This document shows positions 27,322 to 38,464 of a stretch of DNA of 64,000 nt, in pieces. Numbering within the stretch: the stretch's first letter is position 1; each line of letters begins with the position of its first letter. The position numbers and the translations under genes were made by a program. Source of the stretch: Armatimonadota bacterium (GTDB lineage Bacteria > Armatimonadota > SYMT01); NCBI GenBank assembly GCA_046292385.1, contig JBKBRF010000024.1:38819-102818 (forward strand), read 5' to 3'. The notes under the pieces are model-generated. The model worked only from the letters and a program-made list of their open reading frames with translations. It made no database searches and was not told the DNA's origin.

Positions 27322-27990
27322 TCACTCGGGAATGTCGTCTCGACGGGAGGCGCCAGAATCGCCTTCATGCTCCGCGGCCTCCCGCCGCTGCTGCGCTTCC
27401 TGCGCCTCCTGCCAGGCCGTCTGGGAGGTCTCCCATTCCACCTGCGACTGCTCGGAGGCATCGCTCGCCCGGTCATGGTCCACCACGGCAGCTTCCCAAT
27501 CGACGGCGGCCTTGCCATACGTATGCTCCGCCGTTTCCCAGGTCTGCTCCGCGGCGTCTCTCGTATGCTCCGCCGTCTCCCGAGTCTGCTGCGCGTCGTC
27601 TCGTGCAGCGTCGGCGTGTTCGAGGTTCGACACCCCCTGAACATGCGCGGCTTGCGCGTCGACCCAGGCTGCACGGGCGCGGTCCCAGCCGGTTTCACCA
27701 CAGTGGGGGCACTCCGGCGCCTCGAGGGCTAGAGGGAGGTTGCAGTGGGGGCAGAGGGGCCGAGCAGGTGATGATTCCAGAGGGGTCCGATTTACTGGCG
27801 CTCCTTTGCGGTCGCCTGCCTGGATCGCCTGCAAGTCCTGCCGGCTCCGGACAGCGTCCCGCTGCATCTCCCGTGCCCGCTCGGACATCGCTCGTGTCTG
27901 CTCCAGAACTACCGAGTCCCGCGGCTGCGAGCCGGGCTCGTCTGCGGCCGAGGACGGTTCCGGGATTTCGTCCTGATGCTCCCGTTTCAT
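27322..27990 (-). CDS. Hypothetical protein with a zinc ribbon and heptad repeats
   Basis: GAAGGAG SD before ATG 27990; CPHC-x9-CPHC; AQQTRET/AEHTRDA/AEQTWET/AEHTYGK repeats. Confidence 0.65.
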   Translation of the reverse strand: MKREHQDEIPEPSSAADEPGSQPRDSVVLEQTRAMSERAREMQRDAVRSRQDLQAIQAGDRKGAPVNRTPLESSPARPLCPHCNLPLALEAPECPHCGETGWDRARAAWVDAQAAHVQGVSNLEHADAARDDAQQTRETAEHTRDAAEQTWETAEHTYGKAAVDWEAAVVDHDRASDASEQSQVEWETSQTAWQEAQEAQQRREAAEHEGDSGASRRDDIPE

Positions 27991-28199
27991 CGAGGTGTCT
28001 CCTTCCGAGGCGGATAGCTCACAGCCACCGCGACAGAGTGATCGTACCCGTAGGTCCTGTCGTGGTACCGGCCTCGCCGTATCACCGTTCCCCCTCCTGT
28101 TTCGGGGACCACGACTTACACACCTGCGCACAGTGCCCGGTCCAGCTTCGGCTGTGGGACGCCCGAAGCTCACAGCGCTCCACTATACCGGCGGTATGC

Positions 28200-28585
28200 G
28201 AACGCTGCGCGGCCCCCGACAGCGCTACCAGAGAGACGAGGGCGCTCGTGATGCGGTTCAGCGGCAACACGAAGTCGGCGCACTCGGTGCGGATGGCAGC
28301 CCGGGCATCTGTGGGAGCAAGGCGGTGACCGGGTCCTGGCCGAGACCCGTCTCGGGAGCCTCTTTGATCTTCCGCAGTCAGGCTGCGCCATCATAGCCAG
28401 CGCCGGTCAGCACCAGCGCCAACGCCCGCTCGACCCAGGTGAGGGACACGGATGCGAACAAGACGTCGGCCGACGGAGTTGGCTCTCCCCAGGTCGGAGA
28501 GACAGACCACTCCGTCGCGCTCCGTCAGCAAATGCCGGGCCCCGCGGGATCACGTAAACTTGGCCCGGCCGCCAGGCGCTCGCCA
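28200..28585 (-). pseudogene. cheB: CheB-type methylesterase remnant
   Basis: Across frames: GQVYVIPRARHLL, SADVLFASV, ALVLTGAGYDGAA*LRKIKEA, QDPVTA...MP, AAIRTECADFVLPLNRI; internal stop and frameshifts; bounds approximate. Confidence 0.8.
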
Positions 28586-28881
28586 CCCTCTACGTAGCAT
28601 CTCGGGTAAAGCCGCCGGCGTCCGTTCCCGGGAGCATGGTTTCCGAGACCGCCGCAAGAGCAGGGGTGCGTAAGTTACATCTCGAAACACACCCGCACTA
28701 AATCCATTCCGTACAGTCTTGGACAGAAGGGCTCTGGCTAATGCTCACGAAGGAGTTCCGGGGGCAAGGCTTTCGCGGCGACTCCAGCGAACGGCCATCA
28801 CCTTGATCTTTTCCCCGCTGGAGCCAGTGACCGCCGAGAGTGACTTCCGGCGGTACCGGTGCAGAGCGAAGAAAAGCCCGA

Positions 28882-30384
28882 TTAGTGGCTGGCCGCCGGC
28901 TCGAGCGCTCCCGCCTTGTCGTGGATGGCGACCCGGTCTACCAGGCTCCGGCAGGCCGCCGGCACTCCGTCAAGTCGGGCGTTCACTCCGCGGCTACGAA
29001 AACCGAGGATGACTCGGTCCAGCACTGCGATAGCAGACCCATCCCACACGTGGGCTTCACTCAGGTCGATCACCACCTCCTGCACCGGCTCGCTCAGATC
29101 GAACCCCGGGGCCAATCGGTTGGCGGACACGAAGAACAACTCGCCCGTCACCGCGTAGGTCCGCACTCGCCCGTCATTGCTCAGCTCGGAACGGAGACCG
29201 GCGAACTTCGACACCTTGCGGGCGAAGAGGAGGGTGCTGAGGATTACGCCGACGATCACTCCCTTCGCGAGGTCGTGGGTCATCACCACCGTCACCACCG
29301 TCACTACCGTGGTGATCGTCTCCCCTCGCGGCTCGATCGACACCCGCTTCAGGCTGCTCCAGTCAAAGGTGCTGATCGAGACCATGATCATTACCGCGAC
29401 CAGAGCGGCCATCGGAATGATCTTCAGCAAGGGACTGAACGCCAGGATCAGCACGAGCAGGAAACAGCCCGCCACCAGGGATGAGAGGCGGCCCTTGCCG
29501 CCGGACTTCACGTTGATGACCGACTGGCCGATCATCGCACAGCCGGCCATTCCGCCGAGGACACCGGTCGCCACATTCGCGATGCCCTGCCCCACTGCCT
29601 CACGGTTCTTGTCGCTGGACGTATCGGTCAACTGATCCACGATCTGCGCCGTCAGCAGCGACTCCAGGATGCCCACGAGAGCCAGGGGGAGAGCAACCGG
29701 AAGAATGATCTGCAACGTCTGCAGGTTCAGCGGCACTCCCGGCACCTGAAAGGTCGGAAGTGTGGTGGGAAGCTGTCCCATATCCCCCACCGTCGGGAGC
29801 TTCCAACGGAACAGCAGCGTGAGCACCGTGACCACGGCGATTGCCACCAGAGGCGCGGGAACCGCACGGGTCAAGCGGGGGAGGAGGTAGATAACCGCAA
29901 GCCCGAGCGCCACCATCGCGTAGGTCTGCCAGCCAGCGCCGTGGAAGTGCGGCAACTGCGCGAGAAAGATCAGAATGGCCAGCGCATTGACGAAGCCGAG
30001 CATCACGCTGCGCGGCACGAAGCTCATGTAGCGCGACAGCCGGAGCCCTCCGAACGCCATCTGAATGATGCCCGTCAGGATCGTAGCGGCAAAGAGATAC
30101 GCCACGCCGTGAGAGTGTACGAGATGCCCCACCAGGAGCGCCATGGCCCCGGTGGCCCCGGAGATCATCCCCGCCCGGCCCCCGCAGAAGGCAGTGATTA
30201 CCCCGATCGTGAAGGAGGCGTACAGCCCGACCTTGGGGTCGACCCCGGCAACGATGGAGAACGCAATTGCTTCCGGGATGAGGGCCAGAGCTACGACGAT
30301 ACCGGCGATGAGATCGCCCGGGACGTTGCCGAACCACTGCTGGAGAGGGAGTGAGGCGGGACGGAGTTGCTTACTGAACTGCAT
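28882..30384 (-). CDS. SulP-family transporter (YbaR-like) with STAS
   Basis: [61 protein letters not shown]; start uncertain. Confidence 0.92.
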   Translation of the reverse strand: MQFSKQLRPASLPLQQWFGNVPGDLIAGIVVALALIPEAIAFSIVAGVDPKVGLYASFTIGVITAFCGGRAGMISGATGAMALLVGHLVHSHGVAYLFAATILTGIIQMAFGGLRLSRYMSFVPRSVMLGFVNALAILIFLAQLPHFHGAGWQTYAMVALGLAVIYLLPRLTRAVPAPLVAIAVVTVLTLLFRWKLPTVGDMGQLPTTLPTFQVPGVPLNLQTLQIILPVALPLALVGILESLLTAQIVDQLTDTSSDKNREAVGQGIANVATGVLGGMAGCAMIGQSVINVKSGGKGRLSSLVAGCFLLVLILAFSPLLKIIPMAALVAVMIMVSISTFDWSSLKRVSIEPRGETITTVVTVVTVVMTHDLAKGVIVGVILSTLLFARKVSKFAGLRSELSNDGRVRTYAVTGELFFVSANRLAPGFDLSEPVQEVVIDLSEAHVWDGSAIAVLDRVILGFRSRGVNARLDGVPAACRSLVDRVAIHDKAGALEPAASH

Positions 30385-30744
30385 TACTACTATGTTGATC
30401 CGGATCAGGACAGTGCGAGAGCAGCCTCGGGAGTGACGCGCCAGTATGCACCAAGTCGGTTCACTCGTCAACGGAGGGATGGAGCCTCGAACGCTACCTC
30501 GTCCGGCACATTGGGCCTTCCTCAGCCGGGTCTCAACCGTGCCGACGCTCCCGAAAGACTCTGTTGGGTTGCGAGTCGGGCCGGTAGCTACGGATCCGGA
30601 TTCAGCTCGCGTTCGGAGTAACCTGTCAGAGATCCGCCTGCGTGGAGTGCTGAGCGAGGGACCAGCGCGGCTCCGGGAGTGGGCGGAATGACCGCCCGAC
30701 GGGACCGGAGCAGGCACTCGGGGCGCCGCTAGTTACGCCGCGCC

Positions 30745-31095
30745 TCAGACCATCGTCGCACCCCACCGACCGGGATCGAAACCGCTGGGCCAGCGGGTGT
30801 ACCGGTCATAGCGCGCCAGCGCGAGCTTGGCTCCGGACAGCCGGGCGTTCCGGAGGTCCGCCCCCAGCAGGTCAGCGCCGCGGAGATCCGCCTGGCGGAG
30901 GTCAGCTTCCCGCAGGTCCGCTTCGCAGAGATCTGCGAGACGGAGATCCGCCCGATGCAGATCGGCTCCGATCAGGCTCGCGCCTCGCAGCACGGCTCCT
31001 TCCAGATCGGCCCCGGCCAGGGGCACCTGCTTCAGGCTGTCACTCTCGACGCCGCACACGCACTCCCCCGTCCGCCGATGGTAGATCTCGATCAT
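30745..31095 (-). CDS. Pentapeptide repeat protein
   Basis: A(D)L(x)x repeats ADLHR-ADLRL-ADLCE-ADLRE-ADLRQ; C-terminal YDRYTRWPSGFDP; AGGAG SD. Confidence 0.88.
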   Translation of the reverse strand: MIEIYHRRTGECVCGVESDSLKQVPLAGADLEGAVLRGASLIGADLHRADLRLADLCEADLREADLRQADLRGADLLGADLRNARLSGAKLALARYDRYTRWPSGFDPGRWGATMV

Positions 31096-31159
31096 CTGGT
31101 TTCTCCTTCTCGTCGTCTTCTCTCTCGGCACCGCCAGCGGGTGGCCAGCGCCGGATCGC

Positions 31160-31663
31160 CTAACCCGATGGGGCGTCGCGCCGGACGCAGAAGATCTGGC
31201 CCCGCTCGATACACTCGAGGCTCGTAACGATCTCCCACGTGGAAGCGACGCGCTCCGCCAGGCAGGGCGGCCAGCCTTTCGCGACGACCAGGTAGTCTGC
31301 GACGGCTGCCGGGGAGCCGCACCCTTTCGCCTGGTCGAACAGCTCTTCGCAGAGGGCGGTGGCGAACTCCACCAGCCGCGCCGGCGAGGCGCCTGGCTCT
31401 GACGTGATGGCCAGATGCAGCGCATCCAGCCCCGCACGGACGCGAGGATCTAGCGCGTGGCGTCGCTCCTCTGTAAGTACATTCGCGTTCCTCTCGGGCA
31501 CGCCGTCGCGCTCCCCCACACGGCGATATAGGGTCGCCACAGAGGCCCCCTCGACCATCGCCACGGAGAGCAGCTTCCAGCCGCGCCGGTGATAGCTCCG
31601 CACCACCTGGTCCAGATACGCGTCCACGAAGGCACGTACCGTCAGGTACTCGCAGCCCTTCAT
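31160..31663 (-). CDS. Hypothetical protein
   Basis: AGGAG SD before ATG; co-oriented with the pentapeptide gene. Confidence 0.55.
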   Translation of the reverse strand: MKGCEYLTVRAFVDAYLDQVVRSYHRRGWKLLSVAMVEGASVATLYRRVGERDGVPERNANVLTEERRHALDPRVRAGLDALHLAITSEPGASPARLVEFATALCEELFDQAKGCGSPAAVADYLVVAKGWPPCLAERVASTWEIVTSLECIERGQIFCVRRDAPSG

Positions 31664-32286
31664 TCGGTTGGTACTCCTGGCACCCGGTGGGGTGCTGGCG
31701 AGGTGATCGGCTACTTCCGATCACCCTCGCGGCGGGTTCAATCCGCCGCCGGGCGCTCCGGTTATGCAGTTGTTCTCGATCCGGTTTGGGAGGTGAAGGA
31801 TCTGTCCGGGGGACGGCGCCCGTGTTGGGAGCAACCGGTGGCCAGATCTAGGGGTGGCATCCCGATCCCCGGTGGGGTGGGATAGTGGCAGCGCGGTCCG
31901 GGGGTGTCAGCCGGCATCGGAAGTCCGGTGGGGATACCGGACGGCCTGAAGAGCCAGGGTTCCTGCACGGCGCGAGGAGCCCGGAGGCGGCCAGTTTCCG
32001 AAGCGAAAGCTAATCACGCATGGTCAGTCGCTGTACTCGCGAGGAGAGGGTCCGACGTGCCGATGCACGCTCCGGCCACGGTCTTGAGACGAAGTTCCTC
32101 TCCCGTCTCTTCATTATAGCGGGCGCAGGCGCGATTATGTCTTACTGCTCACTGCCGAAGGTGCTGCCCGGCCGACGCGGTGGCGCTGCGAGCCGTCTCG
32201 AAAACTCCCGCAGGAGCCTTCAGTGCCGTTCAACGCCGTTCCGAAGCCCTGACGCCGCTCCCAGGCGGAGCACCGCAACAGACCCG

Positions 32287-33654
32287 ATGCGATACAATCC
32301 GGGCGGTCGGCAAGGCAGGAGCACGGCCGCACGACAGGAGGCTGTTACGGGACCGGCAAGCGCAGACGCAACACAGCTCGACACTCGGCGGAGCCGGGTC
32401 ATCGAAGCATCACCGGTGTACTACGGCTGGGTCATTCTGGCGGCAAGCACGCTCGGCGTCATGATGACCACCCCGGGCCAGACAGTTGGGGTATCCGCCT
32501 TCCTTGATGCGATCATCCGCGACCTTGGAATGAGTCGTTCGAGCGTATCGCTGATGTACAGCGTCGGCACGCTGGCGGGCTCGTTCGCGATGCCGTGGGT
32601 AGGACGCTGGATCGACCACAAGGGTCCGCGGCTGGCGGTGACGGTGATCGCCGTCCTTTTCGCCCTCGCCTGCGTCGGGATGAGCCGCGTCGAAGGGCCG
32701 ATCGGGCTTGCGCTCGGCTTCCTCGCCATTCGCAGCCTCGGCCAGGGTGCCCTGGGGCTGGTCAGTCTGCACGTGCTGAACCTCTGGTTCGTACGCCGCC
32801 GGGGTCTGGCAGTCGGGTTGAAAGGCGTTGGCATGGCGGCGGCGAGCGCCTGCTTCCCGATCGCAATCCACGCGCTGATCGCCGCTCACGGCTGGCGGAC
32901 CGCCTATGCCGTTCTCGGCTTGTTGATTGCCGCGACGATCCTGCCGGTAGGCGCTTTGCTCTTCCGCGAACGTCCGGAGCTATACGGGCTCTATCCGGAC
33001 GGGCACCAGGACGGCGATGACGCAGACCGCGTCGTCTTGGAAGAGGAATGGACGCTCGCAGACGCCCGCCGCACCGCGCTGTTCTGGCTGCTGGTGGTCG
33101 GCAGTCTCTTGCCCGCGGCGCTCTCGACCGGACTGGTCTTTCACCACTTCTCGATCATGCAGCGCAACGGCGTGGACCAGGCTGCCGCGGCGACGGTCTT
33201 CGTGCCGATGGCGGCCGTGGCCGCCACTACTAACCTGGTGTCCGGGATACTCCTGGACCGGATCCAGCCCCGCTTGCTGCTCTCGGTTGGTCAGGGGCTT
33301 CTCGCGGCCGCACTCCTCATGGCGACGCAAGTCCGTAGCGCGGAGGCGGCCTGGCTCTACGGCGCCCTGCTCGGCATGATGCAGGGGATGCAGGGGGCGA
33401 TCAGCGGAACGGCGTGGGCGCATTACTTCGGTCGAACCAACCACGGGGCAATCAAGGGCTTCGCCTTCACCGTGATGGTGGGGGGCTCCGCCTTCGGACC
33501 CCTCCCCTTTGCGTGGGGGCTGGAGCTGTTCGGCAGCTATGCTCCGGTGCTCGGCCTGGCAGCACTGCTTCCGCTGTCAGCGGCGGCCTGGGCACTCTTC
33601 GTCCGGCCGCCGAGCAGAAAGTCTTCGACGGTGCCGGGAGCCGAGCACCGGTAG
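32287..33654 (+). CDS. MFS transporter
   Basis: YYGWVIL, PGQT, GRWIDHKGPR, WFVRRRGLA, YFGRTNHGAI; about 12 hydrophobic segments; start uncertain. Confidence 0.9.
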   Translation: MRYNPGGRQGRSTAARQEAVTGPASADATQLDTRRSRVIEASPVYYGWVILAASTLGVMMTTPGQTVGVSAFLDAIIRDLGMSRSSVSLMYSVGTLAGSFAMPWVGRWIDHKGPRLAVTVIAVLFALACVGMSRVEGPIGLALGFLAIRSLGQGALGLVSLHVLNLWFVRRRGLAVGLKGVGMAAASACFPIAIHALIAAHGWRTAYAVLGLLIAATILPVGALLFRERPELYGLYPDGHQDGDDADRVVLEEEWTLADARRTALFWLLVVGSLLPAALSTGLVFHHFSIMQRNGVDQAAAATVFVPMAAVAATTNLVSGILLDRIQPRLLLSVGQGLLAAALLMATQVRSAEAAWLYGALLGMMQGMQGAISGTAWAHYFGRTNHGAIKGFAFTVMVGGSAFGPLPFAWGLELFGSYAPVLGLAALLPLSAAAWALFVRPPSRKSSTVPGAEHR

Positions 33655-33711
33655 GGGCGAGTCTCGGATGAGACCGCGAAGAGGAGCCCGTTTACTGGCG
33701 CAGGCCTTCAG

Positions 33712-34554
33712 TCAGACGCCAGAGCCGCAGAGTCTTTCTACCGGTGCATTTGGGGGGCTGAATCCGAGAGGTCCGACGGCGCTACGCTTCCGGAGGTGGA
33801 CCTGCACTTCCGTACAGAGCCCCGGAACCCGGGCTCCCAGCCAGCGGTTGAACCTCCACCACCAGCAGTGAAACTCCAGTGGCCGGAGCGGCCCTCCGGA
33901 TACGATCCGGAATCCTCTCTCCTCTACAACTTCCAAAGACTCAAGCTGGCTCAAATCCTGGCGGAGAGTCCGCAGCGAAAACTGCTGCACATGTCCTCTC
34001 CGCCTGAATCCAAAGATCATGTTCCCCAGTCGCACCACGTGCGGTCGCATCCGGTGAACACCATGTGGAAACGTGGGAACTCCAATGATCAGGAGCCCAC
34101 CCGGCTTCAGTACCCGTTCCAGATCCCGGAGTGTCGGCCAGTAATCCTGTAGATGCTCAAGTAGTTGTTCGCAGATGACGATGTCGTACCTGTCGCTCTC
34201 CAGGGTTGGCATGCCTTCAGAGACATCTAGCTGATGAAGCGTCCAATCCTTCCGACGGTAGACCCGACGCTTTCCACGGGGAAACAAATCTACACCGTGT
34301 AGACGGACATCAATCGGCGTCTCGCTCGTTCGGATTGCATCCAGGTATGGCTCCAGATAACGGAGCGTGATCCCACGCTGCATACCCACATCTAGAACAT
34401 CGACGCCCAGAACCTGACGTGTAATCGACTGCTGAAACTCGCGGTTGATCCGTTCGGCCAGATACTGGTAGCGAGATTGGCGCAGTTCATAGGGCGCTCT
34501 GCGGTTTGGTTCAACGCCGAACGCGACCTGGGTAGAAGGAGTACGGTGCTTCAC
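33712..34554 (-). CDS. Class I SAM-dependent methyltransferase
   Basis: VLDVG, YDIVICEQLLEHL, RVLKPGGLLIIGVP. Confidence 0.85.
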   Translation of the reverse strand: MKHRTPSTQVAFGVEPNRRAPYELRQSRYQYLAERINREFQQSITRQVLGVDVLDVGMQRGITLRYLEPYLDAIRTSETPIDVRLHGVDLFPRGKRRVYRRKDWTLHQLDVSEGMPTLESDRYDIVICEQLLEHLQDYWPTLRDLERVLKPGGLLIIGVPTFPHGVHRMRPHVVRLGNMIFGFRRRGHVQQFSLRTLRQDLSQLESLEVVEERGFRIVSGGPLRPLEFHCWWWRFNRWLGARVPGLCTEVQVHLRKRSAVGPLGFSPPNAPVERLCGSGV

Positions 34555-35010
34555 TGACTTCCTACTCGTGATGTCAAATGGCGGTGAAATGTGCCCTCAT
34601 GAGCAGTGAGAAAACGTTCTGGCACCCCGCGGTCAGGCAAGATTAACGCGCAGGGGATGCGCAGAGTGTCCCCATCCGGGAAGGATGTACAGCGCCCATC
34701 CGAGAGAAGGCCCTGTACATAGTAGCTGCCAGGAAGACTAGATCTCTTCCGCAAACTAGCGGCCGAGTCTTGATGTTACCCCCGTGCAATCGCGTCGGCA
34801 CCTGCGCTCCGTCCCATCAGAACGGCCCGGTGTAGGAGAGATAGTCTTATCAGTTGCTCCGTACGACACACTTGAGAAACCTGCGCCCAAACCGCAGAAA
34901 CGGGAGATCGGAGGCGAAGAGCGGCGAGAGGTGCCTTGTGCCACTACCTACTACGGGAGCACCTCGCCTGGTAGTGTGCGGTGGATCCGCACGCTACCAG
35001 GCGGTAAGCG

Positions 35011-35697
35011 TCATTCGCAACGGGACAGCGTCGCCCATACCCCGTGCCCCAGATTGTTGGCGGCACGGTGGCTGTGACGTGCCAGCCGTGCTGCCAACGG
35101 CCAAGTTCCGGGTCGAGAAAGAACCCGCAATGCAATCCGGGGTATATCCACAATATCGAAGCCACCCAGGATCGGAGACAAGTCGTCCTCGATGCCGTCA
35201 GACACGGCTTTCATCGCCAGACAGGGGATCCCTCGCTCGCGACAGAGTTGAGCTATGGTCTGGCTCTCCATATCCACCGCAATCGCGTTGCTCTGCGCAG
35301 CTAACTCGTGCCGGGCGGCGGGAGTTAGCACCGGCTGCGCAACGGTGACGAGCGGCCCTACGTGGTAGGGAATCCCACTCTGCTGCAGGGCTACTTCCGC
35401 ACGGCGGACCAATCCGGCGTCCTCCGACTGCACGATTAGCTCGCCGACCTTGATTTCCGGGCGCAGCGCCCCAGCCAGTCCGCTGCAAATCATGAGATCA
35501 AGCGGATGCTTCTCCAAGAAGCGATCTACCCGCTCTTTGGAGACGGACGGGATCATCCCGGAGAGGCACAGTCGAATGGTGTGCCCGTTGAGTTCCGCGC
35601 CCCACAACCCATCATTCGGATCAAGCGAGGATAGTTTCAGACGACGGCAGACCTCACGTACTTCCCAGTTCACCTCGGCTACCAGCCCGATTCTCAT
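35011..35697 (-). CDS. Nucleoside phosphorylase/MTA nucleosidase family (HpnG-like)
   Basis: ICSGLAGAL, AVDMES, KAVSD; ATGA-coupled to hpnA-like gene. Confidence 0.82.
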   Translation of the reverse strand: MRIGLVAEVNWEVREVCRRLKLSSLDPNDGLWGAELNGHTIRLCLSGMIPSVSKERVDRFLEKHPLDLMICSGLAGALRPEIKVGELIVQSEDAGLVRRAEVALQQSGIPYHVGPLVTVAQPVLTPAARHELAAQSNAIAVDMESQTIAQLCRERGIPCLAMKAVSDGIEDDLSPILGGFDIVDIPRIALRVLSRPGTWPLAARLARHSHRAANNLGHGVWATLSRCE

Positions 35698-36692
35698 CTG
35701 ACCTCCTTTGGGGGCGCGAGCCCCTCTGCTCGGAACCAAGCTACAGCATCGGCTATCGCGGTAGGGATGGGGGTCTGCGGTAAGCCGAGCTCGCGGATCG
35801 CTTTACCGCAATCGAATTGCATGGGCACACGGGCCATCCGCACACCGTCCCGGCTCGCGGCTGAAGCACGGCCGCTGATACGGCTCCAAACGTCGCCCAT
35901 CGCGCCCGCCGAATAGGCTGCGAAGTACGGAATCTTGACCCTAGGAGCAGGCAGCCCGCTCACCTCTGCGAGCATCATCAAGAACTGCTCGATTGACAGG
36001 TTCGCGTGACCGAGGATGTAGCGCTCGCCGATGCGGCCCCGACTTGCCGCCAGCCAGTGCCCGAGTGCAACATCATCCACCGCCACCCAGTTCAGTGCTG
36101 CGTCGAGAAACGCCGGAAGTCGTCGGTTGAGGAAATCCACCACCAGGCGCCCGGTCGGGGTAGGGCGCCGATCACCCGGGCCTATCGGCGTAGACGGGTT
36201 CACAATGACGACAGGAGCTCCCTCTCGGGCCAAGCGTCTGACCTCTCGTTCCGCGATGACCTTGGTAAGCTGATACGCACTCCGGCACTCCGGCGGCTTA
36301 ACAAAGCTGGTTTCAGTGCCTGGCTCTTCGGGCGCACTCCGCACGGTAACCGTACTTGACGTGTAAACCATGCGGGAGACACCCGCTGACCAGGCCGCTC
36401 GCAAGAGCGCGACAGTGCCTTCGACGTTCGTCTGGTGCATCCTGCTTGGGTCCGGAACCCAGAACCGGTAGTCGGCGGCGACGTGAAAGAGCAGATCGGC
36501 GCCCTTCACTGCGTCTGCGAGCGAGGCCGGATCATTGAGTGTGCCGACCCGAAACTCGACCGGTAGACGCTCCAGATGCCTCCGGTCGCTCTTAGGTCGA
36601 ACCAGAGCCCGCACCTCCACGCCCTGTTCCAGCAGCGTGCGTACCACGCGATTTCCGATGAATCCCGTCCCTCCGGTCACGAGAGCTCGCAT
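35694..36692 (-). CDS. hpnA: Hopanoid-associated NAD-dependent epimerase/dehydratase (HpnA-like)
   Basis: GGTGFIG, HVAADYRFW, YQLTK, VNPSTPIGPGDRRPTPTG. Confidence 0.85.
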   Translation of the reverse strand: MRALVTGGTGFIGNRVVRTLLEQGVEVRALVRPKSDRRHLERLPVEFRVGTLNDPASLADAVKGADLLFHVAADYRFWVPDPSRMHQTNVEGTVALLRAAWSAGVSRMVYTSSTVTVRSAPEEPGTETSFVKPPECRSAYQLTKVIAEREVRRLAREGAPVVIVNPSTPIGPGDRRPTPTGRLVVDFLNRRLPAFLDAALNWVAVDDVALGHWLAASRGRIGERYILGHANLSIEQFLMMLAEVSGLPAPRVKIPYFAAYSAGAMGDVWSRISGRASAASRDGVRMARVPMQFDCGKAIRELGLPQTPIPTAIADAVAWFRAEGLAPPKEVR

Positions 36693-36736
36693 GGGGTCCT
36701 CCCTCGTCGATTAGCTATCCAGCACGGCAGGCCGGG

Positions 36737-37549
36737 TCAAGTGAAGCTCTGCTCCAGCAACCGCAACTCTGCGTCAGTGAGGTCGCGCTCAGGGCCAACT
36801 GCGAGCAGTTCCGGATCGCTCTTCCAGGACCCATTCTTCTCCGAAGCACAACTCTTTAGAGACTTCGACTCCACCAGCGTGTAGCCACGAGATTGAAGTA
36901 GCGATCGACACTCTTCGTAGAGTTCTCGGCTATGGAGAGAAACCCAGATGAGGACATCGCCAGGTAAACAGCTCAATCCATCCCGAAGGATTTCGGCTTC
37001 ACTCCCCTCGGCATCGATCTTTAATACCGTCGGGAGGGGTAAGCTATCTTGCTCGACAAGCGCACGGATCGTTCGGGTCCTTGCCACCCCTGTGCCGTGA
37101 CCGATGCGATACGCAATGGATGAACCGGAACCACCGAACTGGGCTATACCGTCGGTGGATGAGACGGCGACCGGAATAATGCGGATGTTGTTGAAGCAGT
37201 TCCACACTACGTGGAGCCTGAGGAAGATGAGATTACTATCTGCCGGCTCAAAGGCGAAGACCTGACCTTCGGGCCCCAACTTTCGCGCAGCGGCTAGAGA
37301 CACATAGCCTTTGTGGGCTCCAATATCCCAGAACCGATCCCCCTGACGAAGGAGCCCGATGATCGCAGTCAGGCGCTGTGCTTCGAAGGTTCCGGAAGCA
37401 TAACCTCTGCCTGCGCTAACCACACTCCACTTGAGACCTGCATTTGGTCCTGACTTGATTCTTACTCGTGCGGAGCCAATGATCCGGGCCGCTGCTCCGG
37501 AGACAGCAGTTGGTAATCTTCCGGGCAGCGAGGTGCGCAGTCTGGGCAT
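36737..37549 (-). CDS. FkbM-family methyltransferase
   Basis: FWDIGAHKG, VFAFEP, LKIDAEGSE. Confidence 0.88.
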   Translation of the reverse strand: MPRLRTSLPGRLPTAVSGAAARIIGSARVRIKSGPNAGLKWSVVSAGRGYASGTFEAQRLTAIIGLLRQGDRFWDIGAHKGYVSLAAARKLGPEGQVFAFEPADSNLIFLRLHVVWNCFNNIRIIPVAVSSTDGIAQFGGSGSSIAYRIGHGTGVARTRTIRALVEQDSLPLPTVLKIDAEGSEAEILRDGLSCLPGDVLIWVSLHSRELYEECRSLLQSRGYTLVESKSLKSCASEKNGSWKSDPELLAVGPERDLTDAELRLLEQSFT

Positions 37550-38464
37550 GGTTGCCCTCCTCTGGAGATGGTTGCGTGGTGAGGCGTCTCACGGCGGGTC
37601 TTGCAGGACTGGCCTAACCGGCAGGCGCATTGCCTGGACCGAGATCTGTCCCCGCACATTCGCGCAGGATGCTGTCGGGCAGATCGAGCCTCTCAGGGGC
37701 CAGAACGCGATACATCCTGCTGCCTGGGTGGCGCGGAAACTCTGTGTGAAGATGGCTTCGATTGCGCCGCAGAGATAGGTCGAAACATAACCGTCTTCCT
37801 GCCGGGTGCCGTTGGAACGACTCCTTCTCGCGGGTGATGGTCACAGGCGCGATGCCGAACAGGACTGGCCATGTTTGCGCATCGACACTTCCTTGGAGCG
37901 GCTCCTGAGACGCCGGCACTGCAACGAGAGGCAGTCGGGAGCACCCGCCGCCGAAAAGGCGGTCGGAGCAGAAGAGCGGCAGAGGGAAGTCGGGGCCGCG
38001 GAGAGAGCGAACGAAGGAAGGCCTGAGTCGGCGAGAGCACCACACCTACACGGAAGCCCGGTCGGGAGACATCGGGCGGCCGGGGAGGTCCGTGTGCTGC
38101 CTTCGTAAGGAAGCGGACACCCGGACAACCACCGAAGTTCCGTGCTAAGTTAATCGTTCATGGGGTGGCGGCTGATGGCTAACCTGACTGCAACCGAAAG
38201 TGCGAAGCACCTGTGTCAGGTTACGTTTGCTATTATAGCGTCGCCAGCCAGGATTGGGTCAGCAATGTGAAGGAGCGCGTCAAGACGGCCCGGTTCTCCG
38301 CACGAGCACGGCCGTGAACACAGTGCTACGGGTGGATAGCCGGAGTCATCAGCCGGGGTGAGCTAATCGTGGGATAAGTCTGTCACACCCTCCTCGGCGC
38401 AACGTCTGAGGTTGCGGTTTGCACCGGCGGCGGCGTGGGAAGGCAGTAGCGGAACGGAGCTGCC

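Larger units (their letters stand above)
21933..38400. mobile_element. Genomic island at tRNA-Gly (right boundary uncertain)
   Basis: Broken tRNA followed by an integrase, several pseudogenes, low coding density and visibly more AT-rich cargo at 33.7-38.3 kb. Confidence 0.6.

Noticed and set aside
30745..31095. Qnr/MfpA quinolone-resistance protein
   Set aside because: Repeat tract is too short and generic to assign.
31728..31760. Possible tRNA 3' half (GCGGCGGGTTCAATCCGCCGC)
   Set aside because: A simple hairpin; no 3' strand complementary to GCGGGAG and no anticodon-stem partner.
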